This document shows, piece by piece, positions 1 to 13,112 of a stretch of 64,000 nucleotides of DNA. The stretch lies in NCBI RefSeq assembly GCF_009914755.1, contig NC_060944.1; one strand, given 5' to 3'. Below the pieces are notes generated by a model, which saw only the letters and a program-made list of their open reading frames with translations, made no database searches and had not been told where the DNA came from. The first letter of the stretch is position 1. Every line of letters starts with the position of its first letter. The position numbers and the translations under genes are program-made. The DNA is from the human T2T-CHM13v2.0 reference genome, Homo sapiens.

Positions 1-70
1 AAGGCCTGTCTGACTTTGGGTCCAGGACTCTTCCATGCCTCCAATGCCGGAGGCTCCATCACTCTGGCGA

Positions 71-130
71 CTTCTCTCTCTCTCTTTTTTTTCTCTCTCT
101 CTCTTTCTTTCTCTCGCTCTGTCTTTTCCA
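71..130. repeat. CT-rich low-complexity tract
   Basis: (CT)n/(T)n run seen directly. Confidence 0.8.
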
Positions 131-2439
131 CCCTTACACCCTCTCTGACCCAGAACAGGTAGCCACCCAGACTAGAGCTGACATCGGGAAAACTGGGAGG
201 TGGGCTCCTCTTTTACCCCCTGACCTCCCCCGAGCCCCTCACCCTTAGGTCACTTCCTCTTCTGACCCCCAAGCTCCCACCAGCTCCCTTTGTCCGCAAG
301 GTCTACATTGAAGAAAAGATGCAAAACAGCACCTGACTGGCAGGAAAACAGCTCAGTCACCTCCTCTGAGCCTCAGTCTTCCTTCAGAAAGACACAGTGG
401 CTGGATTTGGTCATTCCTGGGGGTCTCCTTGCCTGCCCTGAGGGTCTCTCTGGGCAGGAATCAGGACTCACCTGTGAGTCCCAGCAGAAGGGTGGGCAGG
501 AGGGAGCCCAGGGCCCGCCCAGGTGTGGTAGCCATGGTGAGAGACTCACAGTGCTCCTGGTCTGTTCCTGGTGGCAACCACTGGATAAGGCCCTGAAAGA
601 GCCCAGGAGCCACTGACCAGCCTCTGACAGCCTGGAGCAGGCCTTATACTTCCCAGCTGCCTACCCCACCCCATTCTCTGCCATGCCTGGAACAGAGGCC
701 TGAGCCACAGTGAGGGAAGTGGTCACTGTGGCCACGGCCTCCTTCCAAGCTGCAAACCTTCAGGCCTGAGGTGTCTAACCAGGGAGGCATCTGGAGCCTT
801 TTAATGGGTTCCGACTGTCCCTGATTCCCCATGAGCAAAACCAGAAAGCGGCTGAGCTCTGCCTCAAGCTTCAAGCCACAGAGCTGGCCTCTGATAGGCT
901 GAGCCTTGATGTCCCTTGTCCTGGAGGCTCCTCCATGCTGAACAAGCAGCATCAAGAGCCTGCCCTGTCCCAGGCCCAGACACGGCTTCTGGGAATGCAG
1001 AATGGATCAGATATGGGCCCAGAGGGTTGAGAAGTGAGCCTTGACATACACAACCACGTGCAACCAAGAAAGACCCTAGACTTTGAAACCCAACCCTTGC
1101 CTCACAGCTTAACTGGGCTTGGACAATGGTGGCACGGATTTCCCATGGCCCAGAACTGTCTACTAGGCTCCACGTTGGGGAAACATGAGTTTGAAACACA
1201 GCCACCAGTTTCCCTGACCTCCCTATGAAAACAACCTCTCCCTTTGGTCTCTCTCCATTTCCTTACCCTACGTTACTGGGCTTTCCAATGGTTAGCCCTG
1301 ATGTATATTACTCGTTTTTATCCATTTCCCTCATGAAAAACAAATGATTTGCCCTGAAGACTACTGCTTTTTGTTCATGGCTGTAACCAGCAGCCACACA
1401 GTGCTGGGCACAGAATAGATACTCGCTAATAACAAATGAACCTTTGGGGCCAGGTATGTTCTCAAGACTGATTACAAAGCAGCCAAGCCCAGCCTGCTCC
1501 CCAGCCATCCCATCTCTTTGGGGTCTGTACGCTCAGCTAAAGTGGAGGGAGAGGCTAGAGAGGAGTTTTCTAGCCTGGGTGAGGCTGTTATGGAAACTCC
1601 CCTGACCTCACAACCCCCCACCACTACTCAGCCAAGCAAGGCACCCCAAAATGACTCCTAGATATTACGTGCCTGCAGGAGGAGGAGGCTGGCTTTTCTT
1701 TTTCCAGGTGTCTCCTGAAGCAACAGTGGATTTGCTGATCCACCTTGATGTTGCCCTGAGCAGGAGAAAAAGGAACTGAAAAGAGACAGCAGGGTAGAGT
1801 GACGGGGTGGCAGGGCAGCAGCTCAAGCTTCCTCCATGCAGAGTGGCAAGGGGGTGAGGTCCATGGAGAGACCCTCATTGAAAGGGGGGAGCCGACCTTA
1901 GAGCATCCCACTCAAGAGAGATGACCACTGGCAAGAGGGCCTAGGAGTAAGAGACTGCAGCATGGACTCCAGCGGGGAGCTGTGAACCTGGATCAGATCA
2001 TGCATAAAAGAGACTGTGCAGCAGACTGTGTACCCCCACAGCATACACACATGGGCACACACACGTGCACATGCATGCACACATGCACACATTCAGGATC
2101 CTCCTAGGAATCCACACCTGTGCCCTAGGAGGCAGCTGGCTTCCAGAGTCCAGCCATAGTGAACAGAGCATTGCTGGGTAAAAGAAGTCCCTCTTTTTCC
2201 ATCTCCCTTCCCAGGCCCTAACACACCAGATGATAGACAGACCCAATTCAGGGAAAGGAGGAGGGACAAAAGAATGCTTCACCTCCATCCCTTCCAGATC
2301 CCTCAGCAGGGACTTGGGGGCAGCAGTGGGCTGGGGTGAGAGAAGGAAGTGGACGCTGAACTAGATGTAATGTTGGCATTTTCAACCAGACTAGTTTGGA
2401 CTGGGCAGGGCCTGACACAGAATAGTTACTTTATAAAGT

Positions 2440-2541
2440 TTGGTAAAATTATTCATCTACCCTCAGTTCCTTGGTGACACTAGCCACATTTCAGACACTC
2501 AATAGTCACGTGTGGCTACTGGCTACCATAGTCGACAGTGA
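2440..2541. mobile_element. MER3-like hAT-Charlie DNA transposon fragment
   Basis: 'cactagccacatttcagacactcaatagtcacgtgtggctactggctacc' matches the recalled MER3/MER33 end. Confidence 0.7.
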
Positions 2542-2763
2542 GGTCTTGGGTGAAACATTCTTCATCAGGGAAGTCTTTTCTACCCTAATGTCTCCCTGTG
2601 GGTTCAAATACTTCTCTTGCAGAGCATTTATCACCGTTATAATTAAACTGTTAACTTGAAACTAGTTGCATAATAACTCTTTCCCTTATTAGACTGTAGG
2701 CTCTGGAGGACAGGGACCATGTCCTTGGTCACTAGTGTAAATAAGTGCCGGATGAATGTTTGT

Positions 2764-2816
2764 TGGATGGATGGATGGGTGGGTGGATGGATGGATGGGT
2801 GGATGGATGGGTGGAT
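2764..2816. repeat. (GGAT/GGGT)n microsatellite at an L2 tail
   Basis: Tetranucleotide repeats following an L2-like 3' end. Confidence 0.85.
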
Positions 2817-3365
2817 CCATGGATAAACAGACTAAGAGGAAGGTATGTGCTACAGGGCAAGGGACAGAAGGAAGCAATCCCACTGAGAAAGCAGAGAAGC
2901 CTTCCTGGAGGAAGTGGGCTTCCTTCAGGGCTCCTGTCTCAGCCCTCCAGCTTAATCACACCATCTACACAGAAGGAGAAGACTGGCAACACTAGGGCTA
3001 AGCTGCAGTGGGTGGGCAGCCATGGGCAGCCTGCCTTGTGGGGCTGGAAGGCTGAAGGGGAAGTGGAGAAGATGAGGTTCTCCAAGGAGTGGCCTGAGGA
3101 ATGCCAAAGTACCCACAGGGCTAGCCCAGGCTGGGCCATGCGTCCACTGGGTAAGGCTTGGCTTCCTCTGAGTAGAGTCACGTCAGTCTCCTTCCTTATT
3201 CTAGCACCGGCAAGAACTGGCTGTCACGTACTCTATAAGCACAACCTTTTATAGGAGCTGGGGACCCAAGAGCCCTCATCATGAATATGGGCCCCTGTGC
3301 TGGCCTAACAGGCTGAGGGCCCAGAGAGGACAGAGAGTTGCTAGCTCTTCAGAAAAGGGACACTG

Positions 3366-3668
<303 letters not shown>

Positions 3669-3939
3669 TCAATGACCCTAAAATCCAACTCCTTGCTGCA
3701 AGGACCCATGGATCTTTTACCCTCACCCCATCTTCTTAGACTTACCCTTGACAAGCTGCACATGTCACTCTGAGCCTCCTGCGAACACAAGTCCGTGTCT
3801 CCCCAAGACGATGATCAGCCTCCTTGAGGACAGGAACCCTTCCTTGTCCACTTGCTCCATGTCTGAGACCTCAGTGCCTCACACAGCCCCTAACACTGAA
3901 TAGCCCCTGAACATGCATGTGTTAAATAAATGTGTTTCG

Positions 3940-4690
3940 TTATTGATTTACTTATTCCTGCAATTCTTTATAGAGTGTCAATTATGTGGCAGGCATCATT
4001 TGGGGCACTGAGCAAGTGAGCAGTGAGCAAGATAGTAAAAATAAAGGAATACCTAGGCAGTATAATTCCAGGGAGGTTAACTGGTATGAAGAAAAAGAAG
4101 TCAGGGGATAGACAGTAGCTGCGTATATTTTGGACCGTGTGCACAGGAAGCCTTCTCTGGGGAGGGGCCTATGAGCTGAGACCTGAATGAAGGAAGTGGA
4201 AGTCATAGGGAGTTCTAGGAGAAGAATGTTCCAGAGAGAGGAATACACTTGCAGGGCAGGCATGAGCTGGGCATATGTGAGCCACAGCAAGGTCACTGTG
4301 GTGGGAGCAGAGTGAGGGAACAGATGGTCATGGGAGAAACTGCAGGACTTGATCTTGGAGGCTGTGCTGATGAGGTTAGAGTGTAATCTGTGTGCAGTGC
4401 CTTGGGCAGAGAGCAGTACCGGAGCAGGATCCAGGTCACAGATTGGAAACTCACACTCTGGTGGCTGTGTGTATGTGTGTGTTGGAGGAGGGACAGGCTG
4501 GAGGTGGGTAAGGAAGGAAGCAGGGGAGAAGAGGAAGCAAGAGGCCACTGCAGTTAGGGATGGCTGGACACAGGACTCTGGAGCTGGGGGAGAGATAGGT
4601 GATGGAGATGGGGGATAGATATTTGCAAGCTGTCAACATGTGGATGGTTTCCACATGGACATTGCATAGGATGAGACCACCTCAGGAAAG
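3940..4690 (-). mobile_element. L2 3' region
   Basis: L2 motifs 'aggaagccttctctggggagggg...tgagctgagacctgaatga' and 'gaatgttccagagagaggaa'; boundaries approximate. Confidence 0.7.
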
Positions 4691-4939
4691 AAGAGACTGG
4701 GGGAGAGGGAGAGGGGGAAGGAGAGTCCCAGGGCTGGGATTCTGATCTGGCTCTGCCACCAATTTGCAGGGTCAGCTTGGGCCATCTCTCTGGGCTTTGG
4801 GTTCTACAACTGGACATGAAGGGAACTGAGCCAGGTGATCTCTAAGGATCCTTCTTCTTTGAATATTCACAGGCTTGGTTTCATTTCCTGTACCCAGGAG
4901 TTTTAGTCTGGGCCGGGGCTCCACTCACCCCACTGCTGA

Positions 4940-5078
4940 GCCTGCTGGCTATCTGATCCCTGCATTGCACAGGGCCCCACTCTCAGAGGAACCCGCACTT
5001 GATTTACTGCTCTGCTGTTACTGTTTTGAAACGTTTAATTATTCTGGGACATGCTCTGCTAATTATGTGGCCAGTGCT
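4940..5078 (+). mobile_element. MER91A-like hAT-Tip100 MITE
   Basis: 'gcacagggccccactctcagagga...tgctctgctgttactgttttgaaa...aattatgtggccag' follows the recalled MER91A consensus. Confidence 0.7.
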
Positions 5079-5619
5079 ACCATGTGCCGTTGGTCTACTG
5101 CTGTGAGGTGAGGCAGGAGCACGATTTGGCTGTTGGGAGGTCCCTCAGGTTGTTGGGTGCCAGGACTGAGGGCCCTTGCTGGACCCCTCTGAGGACTCCC
5201 CAGTCCCTGCTGTCACCAACGCCACCCTCCCAATGCCTCCCCAGACTCTGCAATCCCAGAAAGACAACCTTGGCATTCCTGAACTTCCTTTTCCTCTTTC
5301 CTTCAGAAGCTGAACAAATAGTCAAGGGCAAATACCAAAACCGTGGAATTCTGATATAGACCAGGATTTCCGAAGATATGAGCCATGGACTGACATGCAG
5401 ACACAGTCCTACCCCAGATGTAGAATCCTACAGAGGTCCTAAAATCTGCAGTTAAACAAACTAAACAAAACAGCATTCTGACTGAGTTAAAACTTGAGAA
5501 CTGCTGATTTAAGCTAGTGACCCAGATGAGTTCAGGAAGATGACTTGATGGGGGCATTGATGCTGCCTGGATTGGGGGCTGGGGAGAAGGAGGTAAGCCA
5601 GGGAGAGATGAACTACTCA

Positions 5620-5905
5620 GCCATATGCTCCTTGTCCTTCAGGTCTCAGCTCAAATGTCCGCCCCCAGGAGGCCTTCCCTTGACTCCAGCACACAGTGAG
5701 CTGAGACCCTGCTCCAAGCTCCCTCAACTCCTGACCTTAGCAGAGCACCTTCTTACCATTGGTGATTGTCACTACTGCTAGACTGCATGAACCGTGGAGG
5801 CCAGGAATGGGGACTCTCTTGGTCTCCATGGTATCCGCAACACCTAGCACAAGGTGTAGCACACAGAAGATGCTCAACAAATACTTGTTCGATGAATGAA
5901 TGAAG
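5620..5905 (+). mobile_element. L2 3' end
   Basis: 'aggtctcagctcaaatgtc...cacctagcacaagg...tgctcaacaaatacttgttcgatgaatgaatga'. Confidence 0.8.
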
Positions 5906-6727
5906 AGAGAGTTTGGATGTATAGGGCCAAGGGAATCTTTCAGTCCTAGGAATCTGACACTTACCTTGGAGTGAAGGCTGGTTACTGCCTCTTGCCTGAG
6001 GAGACCCTATAGAGGGCTAGCATTAGAATTCCCCTCTCCTGGCTGATCTTAGAGTGATGGAAAAGAGACTGGCAGGGGAAAATTTAGACTAAGGTGTTAA
6101 AGGCTAACATACCATTTCACCCTTCAATATTGGTTGTGATTTCCAAAATGCTATTTGCTAACCCCACTGAGCATCTCACTGGGAAGATCCAAGCCATTGA
6201 GGAAAGAAAACAAGCAAAAGAGATTTAAGGGTTAAAGAAACCCTCTTTTGATATTTTACATAGTCCCAACAAACTTCTCTGCTGCAGGAGATGAAGACTT
6301 CAGCCACTACAGGTGGACTGGCCCCAGTGACCCCTGTCTCCATGAGAGCAAGCAGATATAATAATGGGAGATGATGGTGAAGATCAATGCCTTAACCCCG
6401 AAGAATGGCTTTAATGGTGGACTTTTAGGCTGTCAGCACTTAGGTGGGGCACATCTGTAGGAAGAGGAGAAGAAAAGAAAACTCAATGAGATGAGGTGAT
6501 TTGCTTGATAACTTACAGAGAGACCAGCAAGCTAGATAGGAACAACTAAGACCAATAAGGAAGTTATAAGAGGCTCATTTCTGCTTAAGAGAAGGAAGAA
6601 CTTTCTAACAATAAATGCTGTCCAGTAACAAAACTGTTTATCTTTTGGGGGAACTTCCTTTCATCAGGGAAGTATAAGTATAGAACTCCAGTTAGAGATG
6701 CTGGACAAGGAGTCTAATTCGACTAGA

Positions 6728-7092
6728 TAAGTGATTTTCAAACCATAGGTCACAATGCCTTCATGGGGCATGAAATCGATTTAGCGGACCTAAACTAGCA
6801 ATTTTTTTTAACGGAAAAGATAGAAGAGAGAGGAAAGAAAAGAAGGAAAGGAGGAGAAGGGAAAAGTTAGAAGATAGAAGGGGAGGTGAGGCGAGGAAAG
6901 AGAAAAGAAGAGGAATTATGTGAGTTTATCCCACATAGGAAAGGCAAGAACTGTCCACTGAAACTTTCGGTGTGTGTGTGTGTGCGCGTCCGTGTTTGTG
7001 TGTGTGTGTGCGCGCGTGTGCACTCACTAGGTGGCAATATAAAGTATATTACTAAGTGTGGGTGATAGTCAAAAAGATTGAACACCTCCGGA
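6728..7092 (+). mobile_element. MER112-like hAT MITE with internal GA-rich and (GT/GC)n expansions
   Basis: Termini 'aagtgattttcaaac' and 'gtcaaaaagattgaacacc'; internal 'catgaaatcgatttag'. Confidence 0.55.
6970..7022. repeat. (GT)n/(GC)n alternating purine-pyrimidine tract
   Basis: gtgtgtgtgtgtgtgcgcgtccgtgtttgtgtgtgtgtgtgcgcgcgtgtgc. Confidence 0.85.
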
Positions 7093-8665
7093 AGTTGATC
7101 TCTAAGATCCTTCAAACTTTGCAGTTATGTGACATGAGGTCCTTAGGTTTTATGTATCAAATTATGAGAATAGGATTCTAAGATCCATTTATTTCATTTT
7201 TTATTCATTTACTCCACATTTATTTAATACCTATTTTAAGCCATACTGGGTGCTAGGGGCAAAGAGATACATCAGAATCAGTATCAGTTCCTGCCCTCAA
7301 GATATGGAGATGAACATTTACACAGATCATTATAATACAGTGTAGTATATGCTTCAGTAAGCATTTGGCTAAGATTTATGCACCTTTCACCCAGCCCCCT
7401 GTGCAAACTGATTTTCTTATCTCCATTTTACAGATGGAAAAAAAATCAAAGCTCAAATGGTCACACAAAGGGTGAATCAAGGTCCACCCAGCAGAACCAG
7501 AATTTGAACCTAAGACCACCAGGAGAGCCTGAATTTCTAACCGTTGGGCTCCACTGGGGTGTGAAGGGCAGGTGGGTGGGATATGGAGGCTCAGAGAAGG
7601 AAGGCTGGCTGCAGCAGCTGGGGGTGGGGTGGGGAAGAGGCCAGGGAAGGCTTCATAGACAAGGGATCATTGAGCTATGTCTTGAAGGAAGAGGAGTTGG
7701 ATGGCTTGACAAGGGGGCAAAGGTGTCACCTTCCATACAACCAGCAGAAGCCGCTCGAAGAATAGTAAAAATTGTGGGATGTACAGCAGGCAGACCTGGT
7801 GCGAATTTTAGTTCCAGCTTTTACTACCTGTGTGACCCTGGACACGTCACCTAACCCCTCTAAACTTCCATTTCTTCATGCATTACATGGGAGTTATTAT
7901 GAAATGAGAGATTACGCACCCAATGCATCCAGCATTAGCACAGTGCCTGGAAAATAATAGAAGCCTCATGCTAATTACAACCTATTTATGACAGTTTGCT
8001 GCCTATCAGCTGAGTAACCTTGAGCAAACTGCTAACCTCTCTGTGCCTCACTTCCCTCATCTTTAAAATGGGAATCATAATAGCACCTATCACATAAGGT
8101 TATGAAAATAAAATGAATACACGTGACATGCTTAGAAGAGTATGAGGCAAAAATCAGGTGGATGATAGAGGTAGGTCACTGTTAATACTTCTGTGTGCTA
8201 CACACCGTGCAGAGAGTTTTACCATTTTATTTATTCATTAGGTTAACAAATGATCATTGAGGGTTTGCTAGGTTCCAGGCAATATTCAAGGTGCAGCAGA
8301 GAATACGAAGTAGGTTAGGACAAGGCTGCAGCCCTGGGTGGAATTTGTTTGCTGGGGAGTGGGAGGGAGAATAGGATTTGGGCAGGAGGTGAGATAAGTG
8401 GTGAGAAATGAGGCTGGAGAGATGGAACGGGTCAGAGCATAAAAATCGTTTTATGTCATGTCGTCCTATAAATAGTGGTGAGTCCACGGAGATTTTCAAT
8501 CTGGGGGACTTTTCTTCTTAGAATTTACGATTCTCCAGTTGTAAAACTCTATGACTCTACGTGCCAAAGTCTTTTTGATTCCAAGATTATAGTCCTATGG
8601 TTTTGTGACTTTTAATATTTCTTACTTGCTGTAGTAGATTGATATTAAAAGTCCCCACAGTGGGG

Positions 8666-9635
8666 ACTTTTGGTTTCAACTCTGACATGCAAAGAACTTG
8701 GAAGTCGTTACTCCTGACCTTACAACAAGAAAATGCTGGATATGCTGAAAATCAATGACTTTCCTTGAGCCCATTAGAAAACTGAGGTTGCAGAGCAAAC
8801 TACCACCTAAAAATCTGGAGAATCAGATGAGTCCAGATAGATGTGAGCCCAAAGTTCTGCTTCCCTGCAGCAAGGCCTAAGTCAGCCAGTGGGAATGCTT
8901 ACACAGTAATTCTGATGAATTGCCAAGGCTACATGCAGACTAGCATGGGAGGGAGAAGCATGAGAGGGAAGACCTCACACTCTTGCAGGTTTTTCCTCCA
9001 GAAAGCTCACCAAGTTCCAATGAGAAAGGTCCCCACGTGGCCCGAGCAGGGAGATGCAATGAAAGCTATGGTGAAACCCTCCCAGGATCTCTTCCCTCAT
9101 TGCCAGAGGGAAGGACTTTGGCAGAGGGCACTTCTGAAACTCTATCTTAGCTAGGCTAAAGGAGCTCTGCATCACTCCAGGCCTCTCCAGACTTCCTGTC
9201 CCATCTAGGGAGGAAAAAAGTGGTGGCAGGGGAGGGAGCTCTACCCCTGCAGGAAGAAGAAAAACACTTCTAAAGTCCACACTCCTGAAGCAAGAGGCCC
9301 CAGATTGAGACTTAATTAGAGGATTAGGGAATGCCCTCCGTCCCCCACACTCTAGCACATACCAATAAGGCTCCAGTAGAGTACAGTGACTTACAGCTAC
9401 AAGACACAGACTCTCTGAGGAGCTGTATAAAGGAAAGCTCCAGAGCCAAGAGAGGAGAAAATAAGGACATTAAATGAATTGGAAGTCCCTGGTGCCTATA
9501 ACTACAACAAGCATTAAATGCTGCCCAACTCCTAGCTAGATTAACATCAATCCTCACACTAAAGGTCTATTTACCTCAGTGTTTATTTTCTTATTCAACA
9601 TGTCCAGCTTTCAGCAAAAATTTACAAAGCAAGCT
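8666..9635 (+). mobile_element. Old L1M 5' region
   Basis: Resembles recalled L1M4/L1MC-type 5' ends ('aaatcaatgactttccttgagcccattagaaaactgaggttgcagagcaaac'). Confidence 0.6.
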
Positions 9636-9817
9636 ATAGAGGCTGAGCATCCCTAATCTGAAAATCTGAAATTTGAAATGCTCCAAAATCTGAAAGTTTT
9701 TGAGGGCCAACATGACAACACAAGTGGAAAATTCTACACCTGATCTCATGGGATGGTCTGCAGGCAAAACACAGTCAAAAATTTGTTTCATGCACAAAAT
9801 TTTTAAAATACTGTATA

Positions 9818-9933
9818 GCTTGTTGCATTGGCATGCACCTGTAGTCCCAGCTACTTAGGAGGCTAGGGCAGGAGGATTGCTTGATCCCAGCAGTTCAAGG
9901 CCAGCCTGGGCAACATAACAACACTCCATCTCT
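9818..9933 (+). mobile_element. FLAM_A monomeric Alu followed by a (TA)/(CA)n tail
   Basis: 'cacctgtagtcccagctac...ggaggattgcttga...ccagcctgggcaacata...catctct'. Confidence 0.85.
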
Positions 9934-9938
9934 ATATA

Positions 9939-9945
<7 letters not shown>

Positions 9946-9978
<33 letters not shown>
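9946..9978. repeat. (CA)n microsatellite
   Basis: Perfect CA run. Confidence 0.95.
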
Positions 9979-9985
<7 letters not shown>

Positions 9986-10048
9986 ATGTGTGTATTTTAT
10001 ACACATAGTATAAAATTATACACTATAATTTTATATGCATAGTACATA

Positions 10049-10406
10049 GTATTAGTCCATTTTCATGCTGCTGATAAAGATATACCCAAGACTGGGCAAT
10101 TTACAAAAGAAAGAAGTTTAATTGGACTTACAGTTCCACGTGGCTGGGGAAGCCTCACAATCATGGTGGAAGGCAAGGAGAAGCAAGTCATGTCTTACAT
10201 GGATGGCAGCAGGCAGAGAGAGCTCTCACAGGGAAACTCCCCTTGTTAAAACCATCAGATCTCATGAGATTTATTCACTATCACGAGAACAGCATGGGAA
10301 AGACCTGCCCCCATAATTCAATTACCTCCTACTAGGTACCTCCCACAACACGTGGGAATTCAAGACGAGATTTGGGGTGTGGGTGGGACACAGCCAAACC
10401 ATATCA
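10049..10406 (-). mobile_element. THE1A/THE1B solo LTR (MaLR)
   Basis: 'gtattagtccattttcatgctgctgataaaga...cagccaaaccatatca'; CATAG on both sides. Confidence 0.92.
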
Positions 10407-10594
10407 CATAGTATAAAATTATCTTCAGGCTATGTGTGTAAGGTGTGTATGAAACATAAATGAATTTTGTGTTTAGACTTGGGTCCCACCTCCAAGATAT
10501 GTCATTATGTATATGCAGACATGCCCAAATAAAAAAAAATAAAATCTAGAACACTTGTGGTCCTAAATATTTTAGGCAAGACATACTCAATCTG

Positions 10595-10915
10595 TGTTAG
10601 TTCCCCAAGGCTGCTGTAACAAATTAGGACAGGGTGGGTGGCTAAAAACAACAGAATTTTATTCTGTTAATGTTCTGGAGGCCAGAAATCCAAAATTAGA
10701 ATCACTGGGCCGATACCAAGGTGTTGGCGGGGCTGTGCTCCCTCTTAAGGCTCTATAAGGGAGAATCCCTTCCTTGCCTCTCCCAGCTTCTAGTAGCTGC
10801 TGGCATTCCTTGGTTTGTAGCCAAATCACTCCAATCTCTTCCTGTCTGGTCATGTCACCTCCTCCTCTTCTGTGTATCAAATCTCCCTCTGTCTCCCTCT
10901 TATATGGAGACATGT
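10595..10915 (-). mobile_element. MLT1B/C LTR (partial)
   Basis: 'ggctgctgtaacaaa...ttctggaggccagaaatccaaaat...caaggtgttggcggggctgtgctccctc'. Confidence 0.8.
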
Positions 10916-13112
10916 AGAAAGAAGTACAAAGTAGGAGGACTCACACTCTCAATTTCAAAACTTAGGATAAAGCTATAGTAATTAACACAGTATGATAATG
11001 ACATAAGGTTATATAAACCAATATATAGACATATAGACCAGTGCAATAGAATTGAAAGTCCAGAAATAACCCCATAAAGTATAGGGCCAGGGTGTTAAGT
11101 CCAGTCAGTGTGGAAAGAATAGCCTCTTCAACAGGTTGTGCTGAGACAACAGGATGTCCATGAACAAAAGAAATGAAGTTGGATTCCTACATCACTCCAT
11201 ATGTAAAAATTGACCCAAAATCCATCAGAGCCTGAATGTAAAAGCTAAAATCATAAAATTATTAGAAGAAAGCATAGTTGTAAACCTTCACAACCTTGGA
11301 TTTGGCAGGGGTTGCAAAAGCATGAGCAATAAAAGAACAAATAAATTAATTAAAATTAAAAACTTTGGTGCATCCAATGTTATCATCAAGAGAGTGAAAA
11401 GACAACCTATGCGATGGGAGAAAATACTTGCAAATTATATATCTAATAATATAATTATTAGAATATATTAAGAGCTCCTACAACTCAACAATTAAAGAGA
11501 CAAACAACCCAATTAAAAAATGGGAAGAGGACTTGAATAAGCATTTTCCCGGAGAAGATACACAAATGTCCAATAAGCACAAGAAAATATGCTCAACATC
11601 ATTAGTAATTTAGGAAACACAAAATCAAAACCACTTCATACCTAAGAGGATGGCTATTTACAAATAACAACTAAAAAAAAAAAAAAAGAAATGGCAATGA
11701 TGTGGAGAGATTGGAACCCTTGTTCACTGATAGTGAGAAAGTAAAAGGGTGCGGCCACTGTAGAAAAGTTTTCCAGTTTCTCAAAAAGCTAAACATAGAA
11801 TTGCATATGATCCAGCAATTCCACTCCTAGCTTTACAGTGCAAAGAATTGAAAACAGGGACTATGATGCTTGCATGCCAATGTTCATTGCAACATTCTTC
11901 ACAATAGCCAAAAGATGTTTTGGCTGTCGTGAAAAATCAAGTGTCCATCAACAGAAAAATTACTCAACAAAATGTGGTATATACATATCATAGAATATTA
12001 TTCAGCCATAGAAAAGAATAAAGTTCTGATAGATGCTGCAAAAGGATCAATCTCGTAAACATTATTATGTTAAGTGAAATAAGGCTGATACAAAAGGACA
12101 AAACGTGTATAAGTCCACTTATATGAAATCCGCTTTGTGCATCTGCTTTGTTAAACAGTTTGGTGATTCTTTGATATGCTAAATATACAGTTACCATATG
12201 ACTCAACAATTCCACTTTTAGGTATTTACCTAAGGGATTTGAAAACATATATCCACACAAAAACTCATACATCAATGTTCATAGCAGCTTTGTTCATCAG
12301 AGCCAAAAGATGAAAATAACCCTAATGTCCATCAACTGATTAAAAAAATGGGATGATGCAATAAAATATGACATCATACAATGGAATATTATCCAGTCAT
12401 AAAAAGGAATGAAGTAGTGATACATGGCCGCAGTAGCACGCACCTATAGTCCCAGCTACAGAGGAGGCTGGGGCAGGAGGATTGCTTGGATGAACATGGA
12501 TGAACTCTGAAAACATTATACCAAGTGAAAAAAGCCAGACACAATATAGAATCACATTATATGATTCCATTTATATGAAATGTCCAGAACAGGAAAATTC
12601 ATAGAGACATAAAGTAGATTGGTGGTTGCCAGGTTCTCCAGGGAGGGGGAATGGGAAGTAATTGCTAACGGGTGTGCATTTCTTTGTAGGGTAATTATAT
12701 GTTTCTGGAATTCTTGTTGATAATTTCACATCTTTTTTTTTTCTTTTTTGAGATGGTGTCTTGCTCTGTTGCCCAGGCTGAAGTGCAGTGGCATGATCTC
12801 AGCTCACTGCAACCTCTGCCTCCTGGGTTCAAGCAATTGATTCTCTTGCCTCAGCCTCCTGAGTAGCTGGGACTACAGGCACCCACCACCAAGCCTGGCT
12901 AATTTTTGTATTTTTAGTAGAGACAGGGTTTCACCATGTTGGTCAGACCTCAAGTGATCCACCTGCCTTGGCCTCCCAAAGTTCTGGGATTACAGGCATA
13001 AGCCGCTGTGCCCAGCGATAATTTCACATCTTTGTGAATACACTAATCAGCACAGAACTGTACACTTGGGAAGGGTGAATTTTATGGTATGTGAACTATA
13101 TCTCAATTTTTT
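10916..13112 (+). mobile_element. L1MB/ME-type ORF2 C-terminus and 3' UTR fragments
   Basis: Decayed ORF2 ('ggaggactcacactctcaatttcaaaactta') and 3' end 'gtgaattttatggtatgtgaactatatctcaat'; an Alu fragment lies at ~12425-12488. Confidence 0.8.
12733..13016 (-). mobile_element. AluSx/Sz with an internal deletion across the B box
   Basis: Reverse-strand Alu; TSD GATAATTTCACATCTTT on both sides; 'ggtcag|acctcaagtg' lacks gctggtctcgaactcctg. Confidence 0.95.

Larger units (their letters stand above)
6420..7135 (+). mobile_element. L3/CR1 3' fragment, interrupted by a hAT MITE
   Basis: 'aggaagaactttctaacaat...gctgtcc' and 'gatctctaagatccttcaaac...tgtga' are typical L3/CR1 3' sequence. Confidence 0.55.
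9639..10594 (+). mobile_element. Tigger4b (MER46B) DNA transposon split by FLAM and THE1 insertions
   Basis: TIR-like ends 'gaggctgagcatcc' and 'atactcaatctg'; both halves co-linear with the recalled consensus; TA/TG target dinucleotide. Confidence 0.85.

Noticed and set aside
10138-10154. PRDM9 hotspot motif position in the THE1 LTR
   Set aside because: The minus strand reads CTTCCCCAGCCAC, which misses two defined positions of CCNCCNTNNCCNC, so a hotspot is not predicted.
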